Assembly: GCA_963836755.1 (NCBI GenBank)
Contig: CAWIKF010000002.1
Coordinates: forward strand, 832,001 to 896,000
Length of the DNA stretch: 64,000 bases
From: an uncultured Verrucomicrobiae bacterium
Lineage (GTDB): Bacteria; Verrucomicrobiota; Verrucomicrobiia; Chthoniobacterales; Chthoniobacteraceae
Direction of reading: 5' to 3'
The notes beneath the pieces were generated by a model. It made no database searches and was not told the DNA's origin. It worked only from the letters and a program-made list of their open reading frames with translations. This document shows positions 30,544-40,340 of the stretch, in pieces. Each line of letters starts with the position of its first letter. The stretch's first letter is position 1. A program made the position numbers and the translations under genes.

Positions 30544-30984
30544 ATGAAGCAGCGCGTTTTGTTCATTTGCACGGGGAATTACTACCGGAGCCGGTTTGCG
30601 GAGGCGGTGTTCAATCATCATGCGGAGAGGCATGGGCTGCCGTGGGTGGCGTTCTCGCGGGGGCTGGCGATTCATCTGGTGCCGCTGGAGTTGCATCTCT
30701 CGCCGCAGACGGAGGAGGGGTTGATGGCGCGCGCGATTCCGCTGCGGCATACGGAGGCGCCGCGGGCGCAGTTGTGCGAGGAGGATTTGCTGGGGGCGGG
30801 GATGATCGTGGCGCTGCAGGATGAGGAGCATCGGCCGATGTTGCGGGTGCTGTTTCCGCATTGGGAGGAGAGGACGCTTTTCTGGGATGTGGCGGATCAG
30901 CCGCATGTGATGTCGGATGTGGCGCTGCCGGCGATCGAGGCGCGGGTGCTGGAGTTGATCGCGGAGATCCGGGGCGAAAGTTGA
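30544..30984 (+). CDS. Low-molecular-weight protein tyrosine phosphatase family protein
   Basis: P-loop VLFICTGNYYRSRFAE; WDVAD. Confidence 0.88.
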   Translation: MKQRVLFICTGNYYRSRFAEAVFNHHAERHGLPWVAFSRGLAIHLVPLELHLSPQTEEGLMARAIPLRHTEAPRAQLCEEDLLGAGMIVALQDEEHRPMLRVLFPHWEERTLFWDVADQPHVMSDVALPAIEARVLELIAEIRGES

Positions 30985-31021
30985 TCGCCGCGCCCAGGCG
31001 CTAGATGACAGGGGCGGCTGG

Positions 31022-32510
31022 CTATTTTTTCCAGACGTCGCCAACGCCTTCGCCGAACCAGCGGGTGGTGACGACTTTTTGCTGGGTGTAGAATTGCACG
31101 CCTTCGCGGCCTTGGATGTGGAGGTCGCCGTAGAAACTTTCGTCCCAGCCGGTGAAGGGGAACATCGCCATCGTCGCGGGGACGCCGACGTTGATGCCGA
31201 CCATGCCGGCTTTGACGCGGTGCTTGAATTCGCGCGCGGCTTTGCCGGAGTTGGTGAAAATGGCGGCGCCGTTGCCGTAGGCGGATTGATTGGCGAGTGC
31301 GATGGCGTGGTCGAGGTCGTCCATGCGCATGACGTTGAGGACGGGGCCGAAGACTTCTTCGCGGGCGATTTCCATCTCGCTGGCGACTTGATCGACGATG
31401 GTCGCGCCGAGGTAGAAGCCGTTGGGTGCGTCGGAGACTTTGACGCCACGGCCATCGGCGATGATTTTTGCGCCTTCGCGTTCACCGTTCGCGACGAGGC
31501 TCATGACGCGATCGCGGTGCTGCGCGGTAATGACGGGGCCCATGTCGGGCTGCGCGGCGATGTCGGTCGGGCCGACTTTGATTGCGCGCGCGGCAGCGAC
31601 GAGGTCGGGCAAAATGTGATCGGCAGCGGAGCCGACGGTGATCGCGGTGGAGCCGGCCATGCAACGTTCGCCGGCGCAGCCAAAGGCGGCGGTGGAGAGC
31701 GCTTCGACCGTGCGCGTTACGTCGGCGTCGGGCATGACGACGATGTAGTTTTTCGCGCCGCCATTGGCCTGCACGCGTTTGCCGTGCCGCGTTCCTGTTT
31801 CAAAAATGTGCTTCGCGACTGGGCGATGAACCGACGAAGGAAATGGCGCGCACTTTCGGATGCGTGAGTAGCGCATCCACGCAATCGCGCCCGCCATGCA
31901 CGACGTTCAGCACGCCCTTCGGCAGACCGGCTTTTTCGAGCAGTTCGATAAGCAGAACGACGGTCAGCGGAACTTTTTCGCTCGGTTTCAACACGAACGT
32001 ATTTCCGCAAGCGAGCGCGAGCGGGAACATCCACATCGGCACCATCGCGGGAAAATTAAACGGCGTGATGCCGACGCATACACCGAGCGGCTGGAGCAGC
32101 GTTTCGCAATCCACGCCGCGCGCGAGGTCCGGCAGCGTGTCGCCCATGAGCAGCGCGGGCGCGCCGCACGCGTATTCGATATTTTCGATGCCGCGATAAA
32201 CGCTACCGCGGGCCTCGGCCAGTGTCTTGCCATGCTCGCGCGTGACGCTCTGGCAGATGCGTTCAAAGTTTTCCTCGACGAGCTGGCGGTAGCGGAAAAA
32301 AAGTCGCGCGCGCTCGACCGGCGGCGTATCGCGCCACGCCGGAAACGCGGTATGCGCGGCTTCGACGGCCTCATTAACGACATCCGCGCCGCACAGCGGA
32401 ACTTCGGCGATGACTTCGCCGCGCGAGGGATTAAAAACGGACGTCGTTGCGAAGCCAGTGGATCGGCTCCATTCGCCGGCGATGAAATTTGGAACCAGGG
32501 AGGAACTCAT
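31022..32510 (-). CDS. mmsA: CoA-acylating (methyl)malonate-semialdehyde dehydrogenase (one extra base near 31822)
   Basis: GITPFNFPAMVPMWMFP, KPSEKVP, then after the shift RVQANGGAKN, FGCAGERCMA, EEVFGP. Removing one C restores ISFVGSSPVAKHI. Confidence 0.88.
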
Positions 32511-32549
32511 GGAAAAAGCATCCGCTGCATCACCGTCCGCGACAAGCGC

Positions 32550-33167
32550 TCAATGCGCGGGCAGTTTATCCCACTGCTCCTCCAGCATGAGCGCCGCGTA
32601 GATTCCGACGAGCAGCAGCGCGATGAATAACTCGCCGCGCGCCGCCCGCCATTGGAACGGTTTTCGCACGCCGCCGCGCCACGGCAATAGACGTGGGATG
32701 AGGCGCGGCACTTCCTCGCGGTAGCGCAGATATTCGCTGCCGAATTGCTGGAGTAAAAACTCCTCCTCCGCCGGAACGATCGAGACGTAGAGGATCGTAA
32801 ATGCCAGCGCGGCGAGGAGAAAAGCAACCGGATCGCCGATCAAAAAGCACATCCCAAAACCAAGGCACATGCTGCCGCCGTAAATCGGATTCCGCACATG
32901 CGCGAACGGCCCGCCGGTGATCAGTTCCGGTGCTTGAATCGCTGCGGCGCGCGTGTAATCGCCGGCGGCGCCGGAACCCCACGCGCGGATCGAAAGCCCG
33001 GCCAGAATCATCAGCAGCGCGACGCTTTGCCAGAGCCGATAACCCTGGGCGAGAAACGGTTCCGGTCGCAGCACCTCCAGCCCGATCGCGGTGACGCCGA
33101 GCCCGATCAGCAGACGAAATCCGAAAAACTTCCGGCCGATCGCGGCCAGCCACATTTTTTTGGTCAT
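32550..33167 (-). CDS. Isoprenylcysteine carboxyl/phospholipid methyltransferase family membrane protein
   Basis: LITGGPFAHVRNPIY, EEEFL..QFGSEY..Y..EVPRLIP. Confidence 0.85.
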   Translation of the reverse strand: MTKKMWLAAIGRKFFGFRLLIGLGVTAIGLEVLRPEPFLAQGYRLWQSVALLMILAGLSIRAWGSGAAGDYTRAAAIQAPELITGGPFAHVRNPIYGGSMCLGFGMCFLIGDPVAFLLAALAFTILYVSIVPAEEEFLLQQFGSEYLRYREEVPRLIPRLLPWRGGVRKPFQWRAARGELFIALLLVGIYAALMLEEQWDKLPAH

Positions 33168-33220
33168 CCTGAAGTTGGCGAAGAACCGCTAACTATTTTC
33201 GTCCTTGTCGCGCCGCAGCC

Positions 33221-34360
33221 TCATCCGCGCGCCAGCGCGTCGCTCTGCTTCACGAAATCATCGCCGCTCCACTCGTGGTCGGCGCTGACCATCTTCTTTT
33301 GCGCCTCGGCGGCGACCGCGGCTTTCTGCGCAGCTTTGCGCTCGGTTTGCATTCGGACGAGTTCGGCGTGTGTGGTGAAATAGTCGAGCGACTTGCCTTT
33401 GAAATCGGCGAGTGTTTCGAAGCTGTGCTTCGCCATGAAGGCGAGCAGCTCGTCGCACATCGGCTTCACGCATTCGTAGCCAAATTTCATCACGCCCGTG
33501 CAGACCTGCACGGTGTCGGAGCCGAGCAATATGAATTGCGCCGCGTCGCCGCCGCTCTCGATTCCGCCAAGCCCGGAGAGCGTGCGGCCGGGAAATTCTT
33601 TGCGGATTAATTGCGAAATCTCCATGCACATTCGCAGCGCGATCGGCCGCACCGCTTTGCTCGAATACCCGCCCGGCGTCGTCCAGCCTTCCACACTCGG
33701 CTCGGGCCTCAATGTCTCCAGGTTCACGCCGCAGACGCTGCGAATGGTATTGATCGCGCTCACGCCGTGGCATCCCGCACGGAGCGCCGCGCGAGTCGGC
33801 TCCTCGATGTGCGTCACATTCGGCGTCATCTTTGCCCAAACCGGCTTTTTCGCGGCCGACATCACCCATCCGCACACCTCTTCGAGCACGTCAGGGTCCT
33901 GGCCCATTGCCGCGCCCATCTTTCGCTCCGGCAGGCCGTGCGGGCATGAAAAGTTCAGCTCAAACGCATCGACGCCCGCGTCCTGGCAGCGCTCCACAAT
34001 CTCGACCCACGCGTCGCGATTGTATTCTTCCATAACGGATGCAATCAAGACGCCGTCAGGAAATTGATCTTTGCACTTCTTGAATTCCTCGAGCCAAATC
34101 GAAAACTTCCGATCGCTGATCAACTCGATATTTTCCCAGCCGATCACTTCCTTCTGGTCGGCAGACAGCAGCTTCGCGTAGCGCGGGGTCACGTTGACGA
34201 CTTTTGAGGAATCAAGCGACACCGTTTTTGCGATCACCGCGCCCCAGCCTTCCTTGAAAGCCCGGGTGATGACATTCAGATTCGTCCCCGGAGGCCCAGA
34301 GCCTATGATGAAAGGATTTGGTAGCTTGAGGCCGTCGACCGTGGTCTGGAGTGTGGGCAT
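33221..34360 (-). CDS. preA: Dihydropyrimidine dehydrogenase FMN subunit (PreA/PYD1-type, no Fe-S tail)
   Basis: NPFIIGSGPPGTN, GWENIELISDR, ELNFSCPHG, WAKMTPN, VQVCT; no C-terminal CxxCxxC clusters. Confidence 0.9.
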   Translation of the reverse strand: MPTLQTTVDGLKLPNPFIIGSGPPGTNLNVITRAFKEGWGAVIAKTVSLDSSKVVNVTPRYAKLLSADQKEVIGWENIELISDRKFSIWLEEFKKCKDQFPDGVLIASVMEEYNRDAWVEIVERCQDAGVDAFELNFSCPHGLPERKMGAAMGQDPDVLEEVCGWVMSAAKKPVWAKMTPNVTHIEEPTRAALRAGCHGVSAINTIRSVCGVNLETLRPEPSVEGWTTPGGYSSKAVRPIALRMCMEISQLIRKEFPGRTLSGLGGIESGGDAAQFILLGSDTVQVCTGVMKFGYECVKPMCDELLAFMAKHSFETLADFKGKSLDYFTTHAELVRMQTERKAAQKAAVAAEAQKKMVSADHEWSGDDFVKQSDALARG

Positions 34361-34521
34361 TCTGTGAGATTAGCGCGCACAGCCGCTGTAGGAAAGGGCG
34401 GATTTGTTTCTGGGAAAACGCGGGTTCTCGTTAGCGCGAGTGAAAGTGGGTTGGACGATTGAATAAAAGTCGTTGACACATCGATAATTTTATTCCAAAG
34501 TGTCAGCACCCCATAGAAACC

Positions 34522-34737
34522 GTGAAGACTATCCTCCTAATTTCATCTGCACTTACGATGATCGCGCTTGGTTCAACGAAGGCTGATTTGCTGAGTTCGA
34601 AGACCAAAAGCCATGATCTCCCGGCGAAACTTTCCGGCACCTCAATCGCCGGCATTCCAGAACCGTCTGGGCTCTCTATGGTAGTCGGTTCTTCGTTGAT
34701 GGGCTGCCTATTTCTCGTTAACCGCCGTCGCAGTTAA
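34522..34737 (+). CDS. Minimal PEP-CTERM protein
   Basis: Signal peptide, about 23-aa linker, IPEPS, TM helix and basic tail RRRS. Confidence 0.75.
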   Translation: MKTILLISSALTMIALGSTKADLLSSKTKSHDLPAKLSGTSIAGIPEPSGLSMVVGSSLMGCLFLVNRRRS

Positions 34738-34771
34738 AGAAGCGCCACCGGCAAGCCCGGCTGCGTCGCCC

Positions 34772-35794
34772 TTACCACTGTATCACTGAGCTAGCCCAAG
34801 TCAGGCCGCCGCCAAAGACGATAAGCAAAACATAGTCGCCGATTTTCATTCGGCCCGTGCGATTGGCTTCGTCGAGAGCAATGGCGACAGCGGCGGCGGA
34901 GGTGTTGCCGTATTTGTCGAGATTGATCAGGAAATGATCCAGCGAGAGATTCATCCTATCGGCAATGGCCTCGATGATTCGCATATTCGCCTGGTGCGGA
35001 ATGATGCAGGTCAGATCTTCGATCTTCAAACCCGCCTGCGCCAGCGCGGTGTGAGCAGCAGTTAACATTGCGTTAATGGCCTGCTTGTAAACCTCCTTGC
35101 CACTCATTTTGATCGTGTTGAGGCGCAGGTCGGCATTTTCCTTATTGATCGGGAAACGGCACCCGCCGCCGGGCATCGAAAGAATATCGGTATACTCGCC
35201 ATCACTGCCCATGTAGGTGGAAATGACGCCATGCGCTCCGGCGCGATTCCGCAGGATTGCCGCACCGGCGCCATCGCCGAAAAGCACGCACGTATTTCGA
35301 TCCGTCCAATCCACGATCGAGCTGAGCTTCTCCGCGCCGATGACCAGCACAGTGTTATACGTGTGGCTGGTGATGAATTGCTGCGCGATTTCCAGCGCAT
35401 ATAAAAAGCCGGAACAGGCCGCGGAGAGGTCGAAGCAGGCGGCTCTTTTCGCGCCGAGCGACTTTTGCACGAAACACGCGGTTGCAGGAAAAAACATGTC
35501 CGGCGTCGCCGTCGCGACCAAAATCAAATCGATCTCCTCCGGCAAAATGCCCGCTTGCTCGATCGCCTTCCGCGCGGCTTTCGTCGCCATATCGCTCGTG
35601 AATTCATCGTCGGCCGCGATCCGCCGCTCCCGGATGCCGGTGCGGCTCACGATCCATTCGTCGGACGTGTCCACGATCTTCGCGAGATCCGCGTTGGTGA
35701 CGATCCGCTCAGGCACGTAGCTTCCCGTGCCGATGATCGACACCGTCCGCTTAGGCTTGTGCAGACGCGGCGTGCGCGGTTGCGAGCGAGTCAT
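34772..35794 (-). CDS. fabH: Beta-ketoacyl-ACP synthase III
   Basis: DTSDEWIVSRTGIRERR, AACSGF, LFGDGAGA, HQANMRI, GNTSAA. Confidence 0.96.
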   Translation of the reverse strand: MTRSQPRTPRLHKPKRTVSIIGTGSYVPERIVTNADLAKIVDTSDEWIVSRTGIRERRIAADDEFTSDMATKAARKAIEQAGILPEEIDLILVATATPDMFFPATACFVQKSLGAKRAACFDLSAACSGFLYALEIAQQFITSHTYNTVLVIGAEKLSSIVDWTDRNTCVLFGDGAGAAILRNRAGAHGVISTYMGSDGEYTDILSMPGGGCRFPINKENADLRLNTIKMSGKEVYKQAINAMLTAAHTALAQAGLKIEDLTCIIPHQANMRIIEAIADRMNLSLDHFLINLDKYGNTSAAAVAIALDEANRTGRMKIGDYVLLIVFGGGLTWASSVIQW

Positions 35795-36788
35795 TGTATC
35801 GTTTGATTTCCTCGACGATGTGCGGATTGACCTGTTGTTGAATGGATTCGGCCGCGACACGAATTGCATTTTTGATCGCGAGCGGCGTGCTTGATCCGTG
35901 GGCGATGATGCAAATGCCGTTGACGCCGAGCAAAGGGCTGCCGCCGTATTCCTCGTAATTCGTTTTTTTGTAGATCGCCTTGAATGCGCCTTTCGCCAGC
36001 AGCGCGCCGCCCATCCGCACCGGACTTTTTTTCAACTCGTGCTTGAGCCATTGGAAAATGGCATGCGCAATTGATTCGCAGGTCTTTAACACAACGTTGC
36101 CGACAAATCCATCGCATAAAACCACTTCGGCGGGATTTTCAAAAAGGTCGTGTCCCTCGACATTGCCGCGAAAGTTCAGCGAGCTCGCCTTGAGTAATTT
36201 GAAAACATCCTTCGTAAAATCGCTGCCTTTCACATCCTCGTCGCCGATCGACATCAGTCCGATCGCGGGATTTTGATAACCGAGCACATGGCGCGAATAC
36301 ACCGAGCCCATGATCGCGTATTGCAGCAAATGGACGGGCCGCGCATCAATGTTCGCACCCGCATCAATGAGCACGAAAACATTGCTCTCAGTCGGAATGA
36401 GCGACGCGATTCCTGGCCTTTCGACGCCCGGCAATGTCCTCAGCTTGATCGTCGTCGCAGCGACTGCGGCGCCCGTGTGACCGGCGCTGACGACTGCTTC
36501 CGCCTGTCCGTTTTTGACAAGATCGACCGCACGGCTCACGGAGGAATCTTTTTTCTTCCGCACCGATTCGACCGCGCCATCGGTCATCTCGACGACCTGA
36601 GACGCGTGAACGATCTCGACCCTCGGATCAATGCATTTGTTCGCCGCAAGCTCGGCCTCGAGGCGCGCTTTGTCGCCGACGAGAAACAGCTTCGTGATCT
36701 GCGGGTATTCCTGCAGGGCCATCACCGCGCCGGCGACGATGTTCTTCGGAGCAAAATCGCCACCCATGGCGTCGAGTGCGATCTTCAT
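35751..36788 (-). CDS. plsX: Phosphate acyltransferase
   Basis: MKIALDAMGGDFAP, SAGHTGA, DAGANID, DGFVGN, IAHGSS. Confidence 0.96.
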   Translation of the reverse strand: MKIALDAMGGDFAPKNIVAGAVMALQEYPQITKLFLVGDKARLEAELAANKCIDPRVEIVHASQVVEMTDGAVESVRKKKDSSVSRAVDLVKNGQAEAVVSAGHTGAAVAATTIKLRTLPGVERPGIASLIPTESNVFVLIDAGANIDARPVHLLQYAIMGSVYSRHVLGYQNPAIGLMSIGDEDVKGSDFTKDVFKLLKASSLNFRGNVEGHDLFENPAEVVLCDGFVGNVVLKTCESIAHAIFQWLKHELKKSPVRMGGALLAKGAFKAIYKKTNYEEYGGSPLLGVNGICIIAHGSSTPLAIKNAIRVAAESIQQQVNPHIVEEIKRYNDSLATAHAASAQA

Positions 36789-36882
36789 GGCGTTATTCGC
36801 GGACTTCGGGGGGATGCGTGCAAGCGAAAAATCAAAGCCGTCTCACTCGAAAGCGAGACGGCTTCGCAAAGTTTTAAAAAGA

Positions 36883-37065
36883 CTACGCGGCCTCGATCGT
36901 CAGCACCTGCCGGCCTTTGTAATAGCCGCATGAAGGGCAGGCGATGTGTGCGCGGACGCGACTGCCGCACTGCCCGCATTTCACGAGCTGCGGCGCGTGC
37001 CACCGGTTTGCGGCCTTGCGCGTGCGCAGGCGCATCTTTGAAGTTTTACGTTTTGGAACTCCCAT
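36883..37065 (-). CDS. rpmF: 50S ribosomal protein L32
   Basis: MGVPKRKTSK…CGQC…HIACPSCGYYKGR. Confidence 0.96.
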   Translation of the reverse strand: MGVPKRKTSKMRLRTRKAANRWHAPQLVKCGQCGSRVRAHIACPSCGYYKGRQVLTIEAA

Positions 37066-37066
37066 A

Positions 37067-37525
37067 TTATTTGCGTTGTTTCAGTTTCAATTTATCCAGC
37101 TCATCCCACGCCGGCGATTCGCTCGTCTCACTCGAGACATCAGTGGTGAGCCGCGCCGCCGCCGGGCAGACGCGCTCTCCGCGCCAGTCGCAGTGCGGAT
37201 AGTGCGGAAGGGCGAGCAGGATATCTTCTCGCATGGCGGGCGTCAAGTCCACCGTTTCACTTCCGCCCAATTCCATTTGCAGTGCAAAAGCCTCGACGCG
37301 CAATGCATACCGAAATTTCTCGAGACAGCTCACGCACGTCAATTCCAGCTCGATCGCCAGCGAGCCGGTCGCGAACAGGCCGCCTTCGGAAAGGCCAACC
37401 TCCAGCGAGTAGCGCACCGGGCCGAGCGCGCTCACATCGATCTCCTGCAGATCGAGAAAAGCCGCATCTTCTTCACCCTCGAGATGCAGCCCGTGCGGTG
37501 GAATTTGTTTGAGATGGATTTTCAT
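37067..37525 (-). CDS. YceD/DUF177 family protein
   Basis: CVSCL, VDLTPAMREDILLALP..PHC; canonical position before rpmF. Confidence 0.88.
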   Translation of the reverse strand: MKIHLKQIPPHGLHLEGEEDAAFLDLQEIDVSALGPVRYSLEVGLSEGGLFATGSLAIELELTCVSCLEKFRYALRVEAFALQMELGGSETVDLTPAMREDILLALPHYPHCDWRGERVCPAAARLTTDVSSETSESPAWDELDKLKLKQRK

Positions 37526-37542
37526 AAAATCGCTCCGGGAAC

Positions 37543-38034
37543 CTATGTCTTCGCGTCGCCCGCATGAAATTTTCGCTGCAGCGCCGCGGCGATGGAACGT
37601 GGCACAAATGCATCGACCTCGCCACCCAGCCGCGCAATTTCCTTCACAATCCGAGAGCTCAGATACGTGTATTCCTCGCGCGGCATCAAAAAAATCGTCT
37701 CCACCGCGCCTTCCAGTTTCCGGTTCATCAGCGCCATCTGGAACTCAAACTCGAAATCGGAAATCGCGCGCAATCCGCGGATTACCGCGCAAGCTTCGCG
37801 ATCGCGCGCAAACCGCACGAGCAGACCCTCCAGCCGCGCAACCGTCACATTTTCAAAATGCGCGGCCTCGCCGATCAGCGCGATTCTCTCGTCGATAGAA
37901 AACAGCGCCTCTTTCGCTTCATTGACCGCGACCGCCACGATCACTTCATCAAAAAGCCGCGTCGCACGCTCAATCACATCGAGGTGGCCGTTCGTGATCG
38001 GATCGAAACTGCCGGGATAAATCGCGCGCCGCAC
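37543..38034 (-). CDS. coaD: Phosphopantetheine adenylyltransferase
   Basis: AIYPGSFDPITNGHLDVI, IRGLRAISDFEFE, SSRIVKEIA. Confidence 0.96.
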   Translation of the reverse strand: MRRAIYPGSFDPITNGHLDVIERATRLFDEVIVAVAVNEAKEALFSIDERIALIGEAAHFENVTVARLEGLLVRFARDREACAVIRGLRAISDFEFEFQMALMNRKLEGAVETIFLMPREEYTYLSSRIVKEIARLGGEVDAFVPRSIAAALQRKFHAGDAKT

Positions 38035-38148
38035 GCCGCGCACCCTGCACAAAAAACCGCGCATCGTAAAGTATCATGGCGTCACTTGTTTTCGCGCCGC
38101 CAGCGAATGCTTTGCGCCGCGCCGCCGCGTCCATTATAACCGTCCGTG

Positions 38149-39102
38149 ATGAAACTTGCCGACCTCCAGCAAATTTACGAGCTGCCCTTTTTTGAACTCA
38201 TCGAGCGCAGCCGACGCGTTTTTCTCGAGCACTGGAAACACGATGAGCTGCAGCTTTGCACGCTGCTTTCCATCAAGACTGGCGGATGCAGCGAAGATTG
38301 CGGCTACTGCGCACAGAGCGCCCGGCACAACGGTGGCGTCAAAGCCGAAAAGCTGCTGGAGACCGGCGAAATCCTCGCCGCCGCCCAGCGCGCCCGGGAC
38401 AACGGCTCCACGCGCTTTTGCATGGGCGCCGCCTGGCGCGGCGTGCGCGACGGCGACGCGAAATTCGAGCAGGTGCTCGGCACCATCCGCGAAGTGAGCA
38501 AACTCGGCATGGAAGTCTGCGTGACGCTCGGCCAGCTCGGCGACGCGGAAGCGCGCAAGCTCAAGGCCGCCGGCGTGACCGCTTACAATCACAACATCGA
38601 TACGTCGCCGGAATTTTACCCCGAAATCGTCACCACGCACACTTTTAACGATCGGTTAAACACCATCGGCGCCGTCCAGCGCGCTGGCATGAGCGTCTGC
38701 TGCGGCGGGATCATCGGCATGGGCGAAAGCGAAATCGACCGCTTGAAAATGCTCGAGATCCTCACGAACTTTGACCCCGCGCCAGAAAGCGTGCCGATCA
38801 ATTGTCTGATGGCGATGCCCGGCACACCGCTCGCGGATCAGCCTCCCGTCGATGTCTTCGCGCTGGTGCGCCTCATCGCGACCACGCGCATCGCCCTTCC
38901 AAATGCGAAAGTCCGACTCTCCGCAGGCCGCACGCGATTGACGCGCGAAGGCCAGGCACTTTGTTTTTTCGCGGGTGCCAATTCTATTTTTTACGGCGAC
39001 AAATTACTCACCGCGAAAAATCCCGGCGTCGATCACGATCGGGAGTTGATGGAAGAGCTCGACCTTGTTCCGCAACCGGTCCGCACTTTTGCACAAGTTT
39101 GA
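38149..39102 (+). CDS. bioB: Biotin synthase
   Basis: KTGGCSEDCGYCAQS radical SAM motif, YNHNIDT, PESVPIN, VRLSAGR, GANSIF. Confidence 0.96.
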   Translation: MKLADLQQIYELPFFELIERSRRVFLEHWKHDELQLCTLLSIKTGGCSEDCGYCAQSARHNGGVKAEKLLETGEILAAAQRARDNGSTRFCMGAAWRGVRDGDAKFEQVLGTIREVSKLGMEVCVTLGQLGDAEARKLKAAGVTAYNHNIDTSPEFYPEIVTTHTFNDRLNTIGAVQRAGMSVCCGGIIGMGESEIDRLKMLEILTNFDPAPESVPINCLMAMPGTPLADQPPVDVFALVRLIATTRIALPNAKVRLSAGRTRLTREGQALCFFAGANSIFYGDKLLTAKNPGVDHDRELMEELDLVPQPVRTFAQV

Positions 39103-39107
39103 CGCCA

Positions 39108-40340
39108 TCAACTAATCGCGACGGCTTGTTGAAAAAGCGGAAACGCGCTTTCCAAACTCGCTTGGCTGCGTGCGTGGATTCGGAAAAGCGGCTCGCCGCG
39201 CTGCACGCGCGCACCAACTTTTAAAATTTCGTCGCAGCCAACCGCGGCATCAATTTTGTCGCTCGCTTGCGCACGACCTGCGCCGAGTTGCACGCACGCG
39301 CGGCCGATGGATTCCGCATCCATCCTCGAAATTATCCCGCTTTTCTCCGCAGCAAATTCGTGCACGACAGGCGCGGAATGGACATCCGCGATATTCTCGA
39401 GCTTGGAAGAATCACCGCCCTGCGCCTCGACCAGAGCCACAAATTTTTTCCACGCGGTCCCATCCTCCAGAAACTTTGCCAGCTCCGAGCGCGGGCTGTC
39501 GCTGACTTTTTCACAAAGATCGAGCGTGAGCTCCACGAGATCGCGCGGACCGCGTCCGTGAAAGGTTTCGACCGCTTCGCGGACTTCCAGCGCATTGCCG
39601 ACCGCACGCCCGAGCGGCTCGTTCATCGGAGAAAAAACATGCGAAACTTTGACGCCAAGTTTCACTCCGATTGTCGTGAGACCGTGCGCGAGGGCTTCTG
39701 CTTCCGGCAGAGTTTTCATGAAAGCGCCGGAGCCAAATTTCACATCGAGCACGAGCCGGTCGAGACTTTCTGCAAGTTTCTTGCACATGATACTCGCTAT
39801 AATTAACGGCGGCGAAGGCACTGTGCCGGTCACGTCGCGAAGCGCGTAAAGCTTTTTGTCGGCGGGACAGATTCCAGCGGTTTGGCCGATCATGAAAGCG
39901 CCGATTTTTTCTAACTGCGCGAGCGCATTTTCCTCGGTGAGATGGATGTTGAATCCGGGAATGCTTTCAAGTTTGTCGAGCGTTCCACCAGTGATTCCGA
40001 GGCCGCGGCCGGAAATCATCGGCACCCAGGCACCGGTGCACGCGAGGAGCGGTGCAAGCACGAGCGAAACTTTGTCGCCAACGCCGCCGGTGCTGTGTTT
40101 ATCGACCTTTGCGGGCGATCCGGCAGGATGGCGCAAAACGCTGCCGCTCTCCATCATCGCGCGCGTGAGGTGCGCAGTTTCGGCGTCCGTCATGCCGCGA
40201 AAGTAGATGGCCATCGCGAGCGCGCTCATCTGATGATCCGGCATCGCGCCGAGCGTGAAAGCGCTGATCAAAAACCCGATTTCCTCCGCCGAGAGCTCGC
40301 GCCCGTCGCGCTTCGCTTCGATGAGCGTCGGGATGTGCAC
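39108..40340 (-). CDS. pdp: Pyrimidine-nucleoside/thymidine phosphorylase
   Basis: DKHSTGGVGDK, MISGRGLGITGGTLDKLESIPGF, ADKKLYALRDVTGTV. Confidence 0.93.
   Translation of the reverse strand: MHIPTLIEAKRDGRELSAEEIGFLISAFTLGAMPDHQMSALAMAIYFRGMTDAETAHLTRAMMESGSVLRHPAGSPAKVDKHSTGGVGDKVSLVLAPLLACTGAWVPMISGRGLGITGGTLDKLESIPGFNIHLTEENALAQLEKIGAFMIGQTAGICPADKKLYALRDVTGTVPSPPLIIASIMCKKLAESLDRLVLDVKFGSGAFMKTLPEAEALAHGLTTIGVKLGVKVSHVFSPMNEPLGRAVGNALEVREAVETFHGRGPRDLVELTLDLCEKVSDSPRSELAKFLEDGTAWKKFVALVEAQGGDSSKLENIADVHSAPVVHEFAAEKSGIISRMDAESIGRACVQLGAGRAQASDKIDAAVGCDEILKVGARVQRGEPLFRIHARSQASLESAFPLFQQAVAIS

Noticed and set aside
31810..31835. Programmed ribosomal frameshift in mmsA, gatC or NCS1
   Set aside because: No slippery heptamer or stimulatory structure was seen; single extra G/C bases fit sequencing error better.
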